From the NCBI GenBank assembly GCA_029259155.1, contig JAPDJI010000017.1, forward strand, positions 32,001 through 96,000: a stretch of 64,000 nucleotides of DNA, read 5' to 3'. Within the stretch, counting starts at the first letter, position 1, and the number at the start of each line of letters is the position of its first letter. The position numbers and the translations under genes were made by a program. Of this stretch, positions 18,007-31,616 are shown piece after piece. This DNA is from Candidatus Methanomethylicia archaeon. Lineage in GTDB: Archaea > Thermoproteota > Methanomethylicia > Nezhaarchaeales > B40-G2. The notes below the pieces were generated by a model. It was not told where the DNA came from and searched no databases. It worked only from the letters and a program-made list of their open reading frames with translations.

Positions 18007-19461
18007 CTACGCCACCTCTGGCTCTTTACTGTACAGTTTAAGCTCCGTCTCGATAGCTAAGGCTACGTTAAGGATGGCTGCTTCCTCAAAAAATCTTCCC
18101 GCCACTTGCAGCCCTACGGGGAGGCCGTCTATGAAGCCGCAAGGCACCGATACAGCTGGTACCCCAGCTAGGTTTACAGGTACTGTGTCGACGTCCATCA
18201 TATACATGGATAATGGATCCTCCACCTTTTCCCCTATCTCGAAGGGGGGCGTGGGCATGGTAGGGGAAATAATCACGTCAAACTTCTTGAGCATCGATAA
18301 GTATTCATTCCTGATGAGAGACCTGACCTTTAAGGCTTTAAGGTAGTATCGTCCATAGTAGCCAGCCGACAACGCGAAGGTACCGAGTATTATCCTCCTT
18401 TTCACTTCCGGCCCGAAGCCCTCCTCTCTGGTCTTGGAATACACCTTTGACCAGTCGCCCTCCGCGTTAGCCCTAAAACCATACCTTACGCCGTCGTACC
18501 TAGCTAGGTTAGAGCTAGCCTCCGACATGGCTATTACGTAGTAGGCCGCCAGTGCGTACTTTAAGCTAGGCATGGAGACTTCTTCGTATTTTGCTCCTAG
18601 TTCCTCTAGGAGGTGGATGGCCTTCCAAACCTCCTCAGCTACTCTAGGCTCTGTGCCTTCACCGAAAAGCTCCTTAGGGACCGCTATTCTGACCCCCTTG
18701 ACCTCTCCTTTGACCTCGCTCAGGTTAAAGGGCCTTGGAGGGTTTACGGTGGTAGAGTCTTTGGGGTCTCTCCCAGCTATTATGCTTAGTAATAATGCAC
18801 AGTCTTCGACGGTCCTAGCCATGGGGCCTATCTGTTCAAGGCTACATGCATAGGCTATGAGCCCGTACCTGCTTACATGTCCATAGGTGGGCTTTAAGCC
18901 GACAATGAAGCAGAATGCAGCTGGACACCTGATAGATCCTCCAGTATCGGAACCTAGAGCTAGGGGGGCCATCCTAGCTGCTACAGCTGCTGCGGATCCA
19001 CCAGAAGATCCTCCAGGTACGCGGTCTAAGCTCCAAGGATTCCTCGTAGGACCGTAAGCACTATTCTCCGTGGAGCTACCCATAGCGAACTCGTCCATGT
19101 TGGTCAGCCCCATGATTATCCCGTCTTCAGCTTTTATCCTAGCCACTACGGTCGCGTCGTAAGGTGGTCTATAACCGGCGAGGATCTTTGAGGCACAAGT
19201 AACCTCTACGCCTTTGATGCAAATGTTGTCTTTAATCGCTATGGGTACACCTGCTAGCTTTCCAAGCCTACCCCTCTTAGCTACGGTTTGATCTATCCTT
19301 CTTGCCTCTTCTAAGGCTCTCTCTTTGATTAGTCTTACAAAGGCTCTGACCTTACCGTCCACCTTAGCAACTCTCTCATAGAAAGCCTCAATCACCTCCT
19401 CTGCTTTAACCTCTCCTTCCCTAACCATCCTTGCCAGCTCAACTGCTCTAAGCCTTAACAT
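18007..19461 (-). CDS. gatA: Amidotransferase subunit A
   Basis: Amidase signature GGSSGGSAAAVA, GSDTGGSIR and SNLARYDG. Confidence 0.97.
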   Translation of the reverse strand: MLRLRAVELARMVREGEVKAEEVIEAFYERVAKVDGKVRAFVRLIKERALEEARRIDQTVAKRGRLGKLAGVPIAIKDNICIKGVEVTCASKILAGYRPPYDATVVARIKAEDGIIMGLTNMDEFAMGSSTENSAYGPTRNPWSLDRVPGGSSGGSAAAVAARMAPLALGSDTGGSIRCPAAFCFIVGLKPTYGHVSRYGLIAYACSLEQIGPMARTVEDCALLLSIIAGRDPKDSTTVNPPRPFNLSEVKGEVKGVRIAVPKELFGEGTEPRVAEEVWKAIHLLEELGAKYEEVSMPSLKYALAAYYVIAMSEASSNLARYDGVRYGFRANAEGDWSKVYSKTREEGFGPEVKRRIILGTFALSAGYYGRYYLKALKVRSLIRNEYLSMLKKFDVIISPTMPTPPFEIGEKVEDPLSMYMMDVDTVPVNLAGVPAVSVPCGFIDGLPVGLQVAGRFFEEAAILNVALAIETELKLYSKEPEVA

Positions 19462-19476
19462 CTTAGTTGACGTGAC

Positions 19477-19767
19477 TCACACCATCCGTGGAGCCTCTAT
19501 ATATTCTCCTTCCTTCAAGGGGGCGTTGGCTAAGGCCTCCTCAGGACTTAATGTTGGTCCAGGCTCGTCTTCCCGCATGACGTTGCTTAGCTCCAAGACA
19601 TTGAAGGCTGGCTCTATGCCCTCGGTCTCGGCCTCGTCCAAGATCTTAAAGTAATCAAGCACCTTTGAAAGCTGCTCAGTGAAGGACTTAACTTCAGCCT
19701 CGTCTAGCTCTAATCTTGCAAGCCATGCTAGATGTTTTACAAGCTCCTCGGTAAGCTTCTCTTCCAT
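19477..19767 (-). CDS. gatC: Amidotransferase subunit C
   Basis: LAWLARL...NVMRED...ALANAP...PR; directly upstream of gatA. Confidence 0.93.
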   Translation of the reverse strand: MEEKLTEELVKHLAWLARLELDEAEVKSFTEQLSKVLDYFKILDEAETEGIEPAFNVLELSNVMREDEPGPTLSPEEALANAPLKEGEYIEAPRMV

Positions 19768-19860
19768 AATTTTCCCACACCGCTGAATAGTTAGGCTAGT
19801 TTTAAACCGTTATGGTTAGCTTGTAAGGTTATTAGGAGCTTGATTGATCTTTAAGCTAGG

Positions 19861-20886
19861 ATGGGTGTTAAGTTAGCCTCTTTAGTCGTCAAAAAAGTTG
19901 TAGAGCTGGAGAAGCTAAGGGGTAGAAGCCTTGCCGTTGACGCTAACAACGTCTTACACCAGTTCTTAGCTCTAGTTAGGAAACCTGATGGTACTCCCTT
20001 AACCGATCCTTCCGGTAAAGTTACTTCACACTTAGTAGGCTTAGCTTTTAGGTCCACGAGACTGCTCTACGACTACGATATTGGTTTAGTTTTTGTTTTC
20101 GACGGTGAACCTCCAAGGCTTAAAATGGACGAGGTAGCTAAGCGTAGAGAAGCTAAAGAGAAAGCTGAGAAGGAGTGGCTTGAAGCATTAAGGAGGGGGG
20201 ACTACGCTGCAGCTTTCTCTAAAGCTGTAGTTACAGGTAGATTAACGAGAGAGATGTTAGAGGACGCTAAAAAGCTCCTTAAACTTCTAGGTATTCCTTA
20301 CGTGGAAGCGCCCAGCGAAGCAGAGGCACAGGCAGCTTTCATGGCGGCTAGAGGGGATGTGTGGGCTAGCAATAGTAGAGACTACGATTCGCTTCTTTTT
20401 GGGAGTCCTAGGCTAGTGCGGTACGTAACCATTTCCGGCACCGATTTCTTACCTAGTAAAGGGGTGGTTAAGCCTCTTAAGCCTGAGATCATCGAGCTTA
20501 AGGCTACCTTAGATCATCTAGGGCTTTCCAGGGAGCAGCTCATCGACCTAGCTATTCTACTCGGAACCGACTTTAATGAAGGAGTTAAAGGGATAGGTCC
20601 AGTGAAGGCTTTAAGGCTCATTAAGGCCTACGGTAAACTTGAAGCTTTACCGCCTACTGTCAAATCTAAGTTACCTAGCAACTATGAGGAGATCAGGGAT
20701 TTTTTCCTTAACCCTCCGGTGCTGGATCGTTACACCTTAAACTATGGGGTGCTGGATGAGGAGGGGTTGAAGAGGTTTCTATGCGATGATAAAGGTTTTT
20801 CAGAGGAAAGGGTTGAAAAGTTGGTGGAAAGAATAAAGGCCTTCTATTCACGGCGCTTACAAACAAGGCTTGAAGAATGGGCTTGA
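19861..20886 (+). CDS. fen: Flap endonuclease 1
   Basis: MGVKL, VFVFDGEPP, APSEAEAQAA, GTDFN.GVKGIGP and C-terminal PIP-like QTRLEEW. Confidence 0.97.
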   Translation: MGVKLASLVVKKVVELEKLRGRSLAVDANNVLHQFLALVRKPDGTPLTDPSGKVTSHLVGLAFRSTRLLYDYDIGLVFVFDGEPPRLKMDEVAKRREAKEKAEKEWLEALRRGDYAAAFSKAVVTGRLTREMLEDAKKLLKLLGIPYVEAPSEAEAQAAFMAARGDVWASNSRDYDSLLFGSPRLVRYVTISGTDFLPSKGVVKPLKPEIIELKATLDHLGLSREQLIDLAILLGTDFNEGVKGIGPVKALRLIKAYGKLEALPPTVKSKLPSNYEEIRDFFLNPPVLDRYTLNYGVLDEEGLKRFLCDDKGFSEERVEKLVERIKAFYSRRLQTRLEEWA

Positions 20887-20932
20887 AGCAAAAACCTAAA
20901 CCTACCCTTCTCTTCTATAGGTTTGACCGATC

Positions 20933-22132
20933 TTGGTGACCATTCGTCTTGGAACTTCAGGATGGTCCTACACCGACTGGGTTGGCCCTTTCTATACTGA
21001 AGATAAGAGAATGCTTTTCCAGTACTCTCAGGTCTTCAACACTGCAGAAATAGACTCCACTTTCTACAGCTATCCCTCACCAGGTGCGGTTAAGGCTTGG
21101 GTTAAGCTAACCCCTCGTAACTTCGTCTTCTCCGCTAAGATACCTAGAGTCGTGACCCATGAAAAGGAGCTAGACGTCAATTTAGGCGTGGAGGATGATC
21201 TTAAACGATTCTTAGGTTTAATGGAACCTCTACGTGAAGCTGGTAAGCTAGGTCCTCTCCTTTTCCAGCTTCCTCCTTCTCTTAGGCTTAACCTAGAGAG
21301 GCTTGAGGATTTGTTGGATGTGCTGCCTGATGGTTACATGTTCGCTATTGAGTTTAGGGACTTTTCATGGCTCACGGAGGACGTATACAAATTACTGGAG
21401 AGCAGGGAGGTAGCCTTCGTCGTTGTGGATGAACCTTTACTGCCACCTATATGTCTGGCTACCGCTAGGTTTGCGTATGTGAGGTGGCATGGTAGAGGCT
21501 CAAGACCATGGTATAACTACCACTACAGGCCTGAGGAACTTGAGCCTTGGGTCGACAGGATCAATGAGCTTTCCTCCAAGGTGGATGAGCTTTACGGGTA
21601 CTTTAACAACCACTTCCACGGATATGCTGTCAGCAACTGCTTATCGATGTTAAGGATGCTTAACCTTTTAACTCCGAAGCAGGCTGAGGCTCTGAGGAGA
21701 GTGGAGGAGTACTTCACTAGCCGCAAAGCCGTAGTACCACCTCCAGCAGCTCTAGCTAAACGGGGAGGCATGGAGCTTTACGCGATATTGGCTAGTAATG
21801 ATCCCTCACGCTTACTGGAGCTGTTCATGGATAACCGTAGGTTAAGAAGGATAACTGAAATACCAGACCATGAGGTGTCGGTGGAGGAACTTTCCGAGAG
21901 CTTAGTTAAGGCTAAGGTTAAGGAGTATACTGTAGTGATAGACACTGAAGCCAAGCTGGTCTTGCACGACTGCGCCGATTGGAGTAGGGTGTCGCCTTTG
22001 AGGCAGTTCTGTAAACATTTGGGCAAGCTCTTCTTGGTATTACCTAGACAAAAAGCTGTAGACTTACTTAAACGGATTTACGAGGAAAAGGAAGAGTGGA
22101 TGTTTAGGCCTCTTGTGGAGGAGGTTAGCTAG
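20933..22132 (+). CDS. DUF72 (YecE-like) protein with C-terminal SWIM-like Zn finger
   Basis: GTSGWSY.DW.G.FY, EIDSTFY, YVRWHGR and YFNN, then HDCADW...FCKH. Confidence 0.85.
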   Translation: MVTIRLGTSGWSYTDWVGPFYTEDKRMLFQYSQVFNTAEIDSTFYSYPSPGAVKAWVKLTPRNFVFSAKIPRVVTHEKELDVNLGVEDDLKRFLGLMEPLREAGKLGPLLFQLPPSLRLNLERLEDLLDVLPDGYMFAIEFRDFSWLTEDVYKLLESREVAFVVVDEPLLPPICLATARFAYVRWHGRGSRPWYNYHYRPEELEPWVDRINELSSKVDELYGYFNNHFHGYAVSNCLSMLRMLNLLTPKQAEALRRVEEYFTSRKAVVPPPAALAKRGGMELYAILASNDPSRLLELFMDNRRLRRITEIPDHEVSVEELSESLVKAKVKEYTVVIDTEAKLVLHDCADWSRVSPLRQFCKHLGKLFLVLPRQKAVDLLKRIYEEKEEWMFRPLVEEVS

Positions 22133-22928
22133 CCAAAAGTTCCTTTGACCTTGAGGTAGCCTTCATCACAGCGTTGATGATGGTGGTCCTTATCTTACCC
22201 TCTTCGAGCTCGATAATGCCTTCTATGGTAACCCCTGCAGGCGTTGTGACCATTTCCCTCAGCCTAGCGGGATGTTCCCCTGTCTCCAGAAGCATCTTGG
22301 CAGCCCCTAACGTTGTCTGGGAAGATAGGTAACTGGCCACGTCTCTAGGTAAGCCAACTTTGACCCCCGCATCGGTCATGGCCTCTATGATGAGAAACAC
22401 GTACGCAGGACCGCTACCGCTTAGAGCTGTAACTGCGTCGAAATACTCCTCGTTTAGCCTTAGAGTCTTACCTACTGCTTGAAAGAGCTTTTCTGCCACT
22501 TCAAGATGTTTTTCGTTAGCGTTAGGCCCAGCAGTCACCACAGTCATTCCTTCCCTCGCAAGTACTGCTACATTAGGCATGGCTCTAACTATGGGCACCG
22601 GTTTCGTTAAGTGTCTGGCTATATAGCTTGTGGCTACACCAGCGGCTACAGAAATGAGTAGGTGGCTAGGGGTTAGATGGTTGTTTATTTCCTCGAGTAC
22701 TTTCTTGATGTCCTTAGGCTTAACTGAGAGGATCACCACCTCGCTCTTCTCGACCACCTCTACGTTGCTTCTATGACAATTTATGCCGTAGGTGGAGGAT
22801 AGGTGCTTTAGCCTCTGATGGTTAATGTCGCTTGCGTAGATCTCCTCAGGCTTAGCGAACCCTCCTTTAATCAGACCAGAAATTAATGCTTCTCCTATGC
22901 GTCCGGCCCCTATGATGCCTACTTTCAT
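22125..22928 (-). CDS. proC: Pyrroline-5-carboxylate reductase
   Basis: GIIGAGRIG, VRAMPN, ALSGSGPAY and VTTPAGVT. Confidence 0.95.
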   Translation of the reverse strand: MKVGIIGAGRIGEALISGLIKGGFAKPEEIYASDINHQRLKHLSSTYGINCHRSNVEVVEKSEVVILSVKPKDIKKVLEEINNHLTPSHLLISVAAGVATSYIARHLTKPVPIVRAMPNVAVLAREGMTVVTAGPNANEKHLEVAEKLFQAVGKTLRLNEEYFDAVTALSGSGPAYVFLIIEAMTDAGVKVGLPRDVASYLSSQTTLGAAKMLLETGEHPARLREMVTTPAGVTIEGIIELEEGKIRTTIINAVMKATSRSKELLAS

Positions 22929-22930
22929 GT

Positions 22931-24766
22931 TTAGCCGCCTCCATGAAGCTTATCAGAGACATCTTTTAACTCGAGAGCTTCAAGTTTCTGGCGTGATGGA
23001 AGTCCACTTTTAGGATCCCAGCCGCGAGCTTCATAGTACATGGATAACATTTCCTCAAACAACTCCCTATTTAGCACAGCTCCCTTCAATGGCCCTTCAG
23101 GCAAGGGATCGCTGAAGAACCTTTCAGGTAAACGGTCTTTTTCTTTGGTCAATCCTCTGACAGCACCTATTGCTCTAGTCAAGTTATAGATCCTCTCCGA
23201 TCTTTTGAGTAGATCATCGAGCGTTGCATGGACCCCAGTCGCAGCTTGGTAAAGCTTAGCATACAGCTTTAGGTCTAGTCCGAGCTCAACCCAAGGCAAC
23301 CTACATACTCCTAGACAGTCGAAGAGAGGTCTTACGTGTTGCAAGTAAATAACCCACTCAACTTTATCCTTTGTATACTTCTCTCTCCCGACCTTTAAAT
23401 CGTAGGTTATGGCCCAGGCCCTATTATGATGAGCCCCTATATCGGCCGTGGCGTAGGCTAAGGCCATGGCTGGAGCCGCCCTTACATCGTATCCTGAAAC
23501 CTCAAGGCCCTTTACATGTATTGCAAGCTTCTCGGAACCTCTACCTAGTTTCTCGGCTGCTTTTTCCACTCCTTCAGCCAAGATAGCTCCTAACCCTCTC
23601 CTCCAGGCTATCATGTTAAGCAGCTCGAAGACCGCCTTGCTGCTACCGAAGCTTAAGTCTAGCCCGTCGACTTCGTTACTCGATAAGAGGTTTTTCTCGA
23701 AGCATTCCATGGCGAAGGCTATCACTGCTCCTGCTGAGATGGTGTCTAGGCCTAGCTCATCGCATAGCCAGTTGGCGTAGGCTACATCCTCTAGTGAAGA
23801 GACTCCTACGTTAGAGCCTAAGAAGACCGCTGTTTCATACTCAGGGCCTATGACAAGCTTCCCTCTAGCCTCTAGCAGCTTCTTACACGCCATGGGGCAT
23901 AGGTAGCAAGCAACGCTTCTTTTCTTCATCTTAGCTATGGCTTTACCTCCTATTAGATCAGCGTGCTCAAAAACTCCTGACTGGAAGTTACGTGTAGGTA
24001 GACAGGAGGCTTCTTGAGCCCACTCTATGACCTGCATTAACCCTTGTTCCCACCAAACCTTAAGGTCCTCCTTGCTAACCATATAACTTATGGCTTCTTT
24101 GTAAAGTTTCTTCATGGTATCTAGGTCAGCTACAGGTATGCTTCGTCCTCCTTTAGCTACGATGGCCTTAAGCTTCTTAAAACCCATTACGGCTCCCATA
24201 CCGGTCCTGCCGGCTTGGTTGCCGTAGTCGCAGGTTACGCAGGCAAAGCTAACGAGGTTCTCTCCACCTGGTCCTATGGACATGATGCTTACATCGTTTC
24301 CTAGCTCCTTCTTTAACTCCGCCTCCGTGGTTAAGGAACCTAGCCCCCAAAGATGATCGGCGCTGCGCAGCTCTGCGCCTTTATCACTTACCCATAGATA
24401 AACCGGCTTCTCGGTAGCCCCTTCTATGATGATGCCGTCGAACCCTGCTTGCTTAAGCTCTATCCCTAGCATTCCTCCTACGTTGCTATCACCGTAGAGG
24501 TTTGTGGCTGGACTGATGGAAGCCAGCGTGACCTTACAGGAACCTGGTGTAAGCGTGCCTGTGAGAGGTCCGGTCATGACCACTAGTTTATTGTTTGGGT
24601 CGAAGGCTCCTGGGACCTCTAGGACCTCATCCCAGATGATTCGAGCTGCCCATCCGCGTCCTCCCACATATCTGACCATAAACTCCTCGTCTACTTCTTG
24701 AACCCGTACCTCCTTCTTTGAGAGATCAACTCTAAGTATCCTTCCCAGGTATCCTCCCTTCACCAT
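22931..24766 (-). CDS. aor: Aldehyde:ferredoxin oxidoreductase family (W/Mo-pterin)
   Basis: ILRVDLS, AGRTGMGAVMG.KKLKA, CYLCPMAC, GPEYET and DELGLDTIS. Confidence 0.92.
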   Translation of the reverse strand: MVKGGYLGRILRVDLSKKEVRVQEVDEEFMVRYVGGRGWAARIIWDEVLEVPGAFDPNNKLVVMTGPLTGTLTPGSCKVTLASISPATNLYGDSNVGGMLGIELKQAGFDGIIIEGATEKPVYLWVSDKGAELRSADHLWGLGSLTTEAELKKELGNDVSIMSIGPGGENLVSFACVTCDYGNQAGRTGMGAVMGFKKLKAIVAKGGRSIPVADLDTMKKLYKEAISYMVSKEDLKVWWEQGLMQVIEWAQEASCLPTRNFQSGVFEHADLIGGKAIAKMKKRSVACYLCPMACKKLLEARGKLVIGPEYETAVFLGSNVGVSSLEDVAYANWLCDELGLDTISAGAVIAFAMECFEKNLLSSNEVDGLDLSFGSSKAVFELLNMIAWRRGLGAILAEGVEKAAEKLGRGSEKLAIHVKGLEVSGYDVRAAPAMALAYATADIGAHHNRAWAITYDLKVGREKYTKDKVEWVIYLQHVRPLFDCLGVCRLPWVELGLDLKLYAKLYQAATGVHATLDDLLKRSERIYNLTRAIGAVRGLTKEKDRLPERFFSDPLPEGPLKGAVLNRELFEEMLSMYYEARGWDPKSGLPSRQKLEALELKDVSDKLHGGG

Positions 24767-25194
24767 TCCTCTTCAACCTCCAAGGCGTGGGTGGGACAGA
24801 CCTCCACGCAGCGAGGGTTTCCGTTGCATAGGTTACATTTAATGGGTAGGTTCTTCTCCTCGTGCCAAAACATGGCGTCGTATGGACAGGCCTTGACACA
24901 TACTTTGCATCCTGCACAGCTATCGTAGTCTATCATCACTACCCCTCCACTCAGGTAGATCGCGTTTAGGTCACAGTGGTCCATACAGGCAGGCTCTCGG
25001 CACTGTTTACAGAAACTGGCGTTAGAGTTAAAGGGTAAGCCATTTACTCTAATGCCGCTTTCTCGCAAGTTTAGTGAGGAGAAGAGCTGGGTTGCACAGG
25101 CGATTTGGCAGGCTCTACAGCCTAAACACTTAGAGGCATCGAATGTTAGCTTCAAGTGCTTCCCTGACTGGAACGTAACCACCCATATTTCCAC
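24760..25194 (-). CDS. Multi-[4Fe-4S] ferredoxin-like partner of AOR
   Basis: Several CxxCxxCxxxC(P) motifs; overlaps the aor start. Confidence 0.9.
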   Translation of the reverse strand: MEIWVVTFQSGKHLKLTFDASKCLGCRACQIACATQLFSSLNLRESGIRVNGLPFNSNASFCKQCREPACMDHCDLNAIYLSGGVVMIDYDSCAGCKVCVKACPYDAMFWHEEKNLPIKCNLCNGNPRCVEVCPTHALEVEEEW

Positions 25195-25435
25195 CCTGCC
25201 TCTAATGGCTGAGCTAGCAGCCTCAGCTCAAATATAACTTTTTTCCTCACCCATCGTGCTTAGCCCAGAAGGCACTATAACACAGCGCTTCTTTCAAGGG
25301 GCGACATTTTTCCGGTCGTGATGGCAGGTACGTGAAACGCTCCATGTATTGAAGAGATAGAATCGGCATTAGTTATCGAGTTGAATTTATGGGAGAAGCT
25401 AAAGCATATTTGTTCCTTTATCCTAGTCCCAGTCA

Positions 25436-25615
25436 ATGAGGACTACTAAAGATAATGAGGCTCAACCTCGAAGGAACTTATCTGTTCGTTTAACGAGGAA
25501 TGACTTCAATGCAATAGATCTGCTGATCAAGGAGGGTCGCTATAAGAATAGGAGCGAGGTGGTCGAGAAAGCTCTCGAAGCCTTATTAAGAACGTATTTC
25601 ATTGGGCTTGACTAG
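25436..25615 (+). CDS. Ribbon-helix-helix (CopG/Arc/MetJ) protein, 59 aa, not in the ORF track
   Basis: Hand translation MRTTKDNEAQPRRNLSVRLTRNDFNAIDLLIKEGRYKNRSEVVEKALEALLRTYFIGLD shows the RHH pattern SVRL..IDxL..GxYxNRSEVV..AL. Confidence 0.75.
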   Translation: MRTTKDNEAQPRRNLSVRLTRNDFNAIDLLIKEGRYKNRSEVVEKALEALLRTYFIGLD

Positions 25616-25721
25616 ACTCTGAGCCTAGCTCCCTCAAGAAGGCAGCTTGACTGCTAGCCAGCTCCTTCATCTAGGAAGGCAAGAGACATATTTATCTTAG
25701 TGCGTTTTAGTTAGCATGTGA

Positions 25722-29079
<3,358 letters not shown>

Positions 29080-29101
29080 GCGGCCTCTCCTATGTCGAAG
29101 G

Positions 29102-30166
29102 CTAAATGAAGCCTTCCCTAGCCAGCAACTCAGCGTTCAATACAGCGTTTCCGGCAGCTCCTCTAATGGTGTTGTGTCCTAGTACTACGAACTTAATTCC
29201 GTTGTCGAGAGCAGGGTCTTCCCTTATCCTTCCTACGACTACCGACATACCTCTTCCTTCGTACCTATCAAACCTTGGCTGTGGTCTATCGGGCTCCTCT
29301 CTGACTACTACGGGGTTCTCGGGTGCCGTAGGCAGTTTAAGCTCCTGTGGCCTTCCTTTAAACTCCCTCATGGCTTCAGCTACTTCTTCTGGACTAGCTT
29401 TCTTAGCCAATTCGACAAATACTGCTTCGGTATGTCCATCTAATACGTGGACTCTATGACAGCTCGCCGAGATCTTAAAGCCCGCTGGCTTAACTTCTTC
29501 TCCAGTGAGGCTGCCCATGATCTTCAGGACTTCTGCTTGTACCTTCTCCTCCTCCTTAGCTATGTAGGGTATGACGTTGTCGAGTATAGCCATTGACGGT
29601 ACGCCTCCCCACCCTGCTCCCGAGACAGCCTGCATGGTAGATACGAAGACTCTCTTTATTCCAAAGACGTTGTCGATGGGCTTTAATGCCATAACCAATA
29701 CCGTGGTTGTACAGTTGGGGTTGGTTACTATGAAGCTCTTCCACCCTCTCCTCGACTGTAATTTAACTAAGTTGAGGTGGTCTGGATTAACCTCGGCTAT
29801 AAGGATGGGTACGTCGGGCTCCATCCTGTAGCTACTGGCATCACTAACTACAGGTATTCCTGCCTTAGCGAACTCTGCTTCAACTTTTAGCGCGACTTCG
29901 GCTGGTAGAGCGGAGAAAGCTATGTCGGCGCCTCCTGCCTTTCTAACATTCTCCACGGTGGTCTCCACTACTGTGGTCTCGGCTGTTTCCTTAGGCATAT
30001 GTCCTTCAATATACCAGTGGGCCACTTCACCATACTTTTTTCCTGCTGAAGCAGGTGAGGCAGCTAGCACGGATAACTCGAATAGCTCGTGGTTTGCCAG
30101 TAGCTTTACGAAGCGCTGGCCCACCATTCCAGTAGCTCCTAGGATTACAGCTCTCAGCTTATCCAT
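29102..30166 (-). CDS. asd: Aspartate-semialdehyde dehydrogenase
   Basis: GATGMVGQRF, NPNCTT and HNTIRGAAG. Confidence 0.97.
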   Translation of the reverse strand: MDKLRAVILGATGMVGQRFVKLLANHELFELSVLAASPASAGKKYGEVAHWYIEGHMPKETAETTVVETTVENVRKAGGADIAFSALPAEVALKVEAEFAKAGIPVVSDASSYRMEPDVPILIAEVNPDHLNLVKLQSRRGWKSFIVTNPNCTTTVLVMALKPIDNVFGIKRVFVSTMQAVSGAGWGGVPSMAILDNVIPYIAKEEEKVQAEVLKIMGSLTGEEVKPAGFKISASCHRVHVLDGHTEAVFVELAKKASPEEVAEAMREFKGRPQELKLPTAPENPVVVREEPDRPQPRFDRYEGRGMSVVVGRIREDPALDNGIKFVVLGHNTIRGAAGNAVLNAELLAREGFI

Positions 30167-30224
30167 GTTCCACCAGCCCCTCTTAGAGTGGGGTTAAGCT
30201 TTTTAAAATTACAGCTCCGCGGCT

Positions 30225-31616
30225 TCAACCTTCAGATAGGCCGAACTCTCTATGTAGAGCTTTCAGGGCTTTCATTCCGTCGCTCTCCTTAACCACGAAG
30301 GAGATGTTTAACTCTGAGGAGCCTTGAGCTATCATGCGTATGTTGACGTTCTCCTCAGCCACTGCGCCAAACACTCTCGCCGCTACTCCTGGCGTCCCCT
30401 TCATTCCTGCTCCTATCACAGCTATGACGCACGCATCATCTTCATACTCTATACGGTACCCCTCGCCCCCAAGCCTCCTCTTAATGCTCTTCACTGCCTT
30501 ATCTAGCATCGCTCTTGGTATAGCGAGCGAGATGCTGGCTTGGGAGGAGCCTTGCGACACCATTATAGCTTGCACTCCTACTTCGCTTAGTGACCTCAGT
30601 ACTTCGACGTTTATGGTGGGGGCTTCTACCATGCTAGCTCCGCTCACAGTCACTATAGCTGCATCCTTAATCATCGTAACTGCCTTAACCACGCCTTCAC
30701 TTTCCACCTTAGTTATCAGCGTTCCTTTCTCGCTGGGCTTGTAGATGTTCTTGACTCTTAGCGGAATACCTTCCTTCATGGCAGGGTCCAAGGCCAAGGG
30801 ATGCATTACTTTAGCTCCGAAGTAAGCTAGCTCTGTCACCTCTTCATAGGACATAATGGGGATCGTCCTGGCTTCGGGGACCAGCTTAGGGTCAGCGGTC
30901 ATAACACCATCTACGTCCTTCCAAACCACTACTTCATCCACCTTTAAAGCAGCTCCTATAATCGTAGCGGTGTAGTCAGATCCTCCCCTACCTAATGTGG
31001 TAACTATGCCGTCTGAAGTTGCGGCTATGAAACCTGTTACCGTGGGTACTATGTCTTCTTCCAGGAGGGGGAGGAGGCGTTCACGGAGGAGTCTCGAGGT
31101 CAACGCCATGATAGGCCTAGCCGACCCGAAGCAATCATCAGTTACGATACCTGCCTCCCACCCAGTTAAGTACGTAGATTTTAATCCTTGGTCTCTGAGG
31201 GAGCCCCAGAAGATCCTAGTAGATAACCTCTCACCAAAGGATAGTGCGTAGTCCCTGGTTCTCGGTGTTACCTCCCTGAGGTACGCTACTACTGCCAATA
31301 GTCTTTCAAGCTCCTTTTCTTCTTTCTCGAGTTCTTCTTCTACCTCGCGTTTAATAGAGGGGTCCTTAACAGCTTCTTTTAGCGCGTCAGCGTGTCTGAC
31401 CTTTAGCTTTTCGATGAACTTGAAAACATGTTCCATATCCCCTTTCTCAGCCCTATTCAGGCTCTCTAGCAAGGAGTCTGTCACGCCAGCCATGGCGGAG
31501 ACTACAGCTACGATCTTCCAACCCTTGGTTACGTAATCTCTAACTACCTTCGCCGATCTCCTAATCATGGCTCCGTCCTCTACGCATCTACCCCCGAATT
31601 TCATCACAGCCTTCAT
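30225..31616 (-). CDS. lysC: Aspartate kinase with ACT domains
   Basis: VMKFGG, VVSAMAGVTD, TTLGRGGSDYTA and QGSSE. Confidence 0.95.
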   Translation of the reverse strand: MKAVMKFGGRCVEDGAMIRRSAKVVRDYVTKGWKIVAVVSAMAGVTDSLLESLNRAEKGDMEHVFKFIEKLKVRHADALKEAVKDPSIKREVEEELEKEEKELERLLAVVAYLREVTPRTRDYALSFGERLSTRIFWGSLRDQGLKSTYLTGWEAGIVTDDCFGSARPIMALTSRLLRERLLPLLEEDIVPTVTGFIAATSDGIVTTLGRGGSDYTATIIGAALKVDEVVVWKDVDGVMTADPKLVPEARTIPIMSYEEVTELAYFGAKVMHPLALDPAMKEGIPLRVKNIYKPSEKGTLITKVESEGVVKAVTMIKDAAIVTVSGASMVEAPTINVEVLRSLSEVGVQAIMVSQGSSQASISLAIPRAMLDKAVKSIKRRLGGEGYRIEYEDDACVIAVIGAGMKGTPGVAARVFGAVAEENVNIRMIAQGSSELNISFVVKESDGMKALKALHREFGLSEG

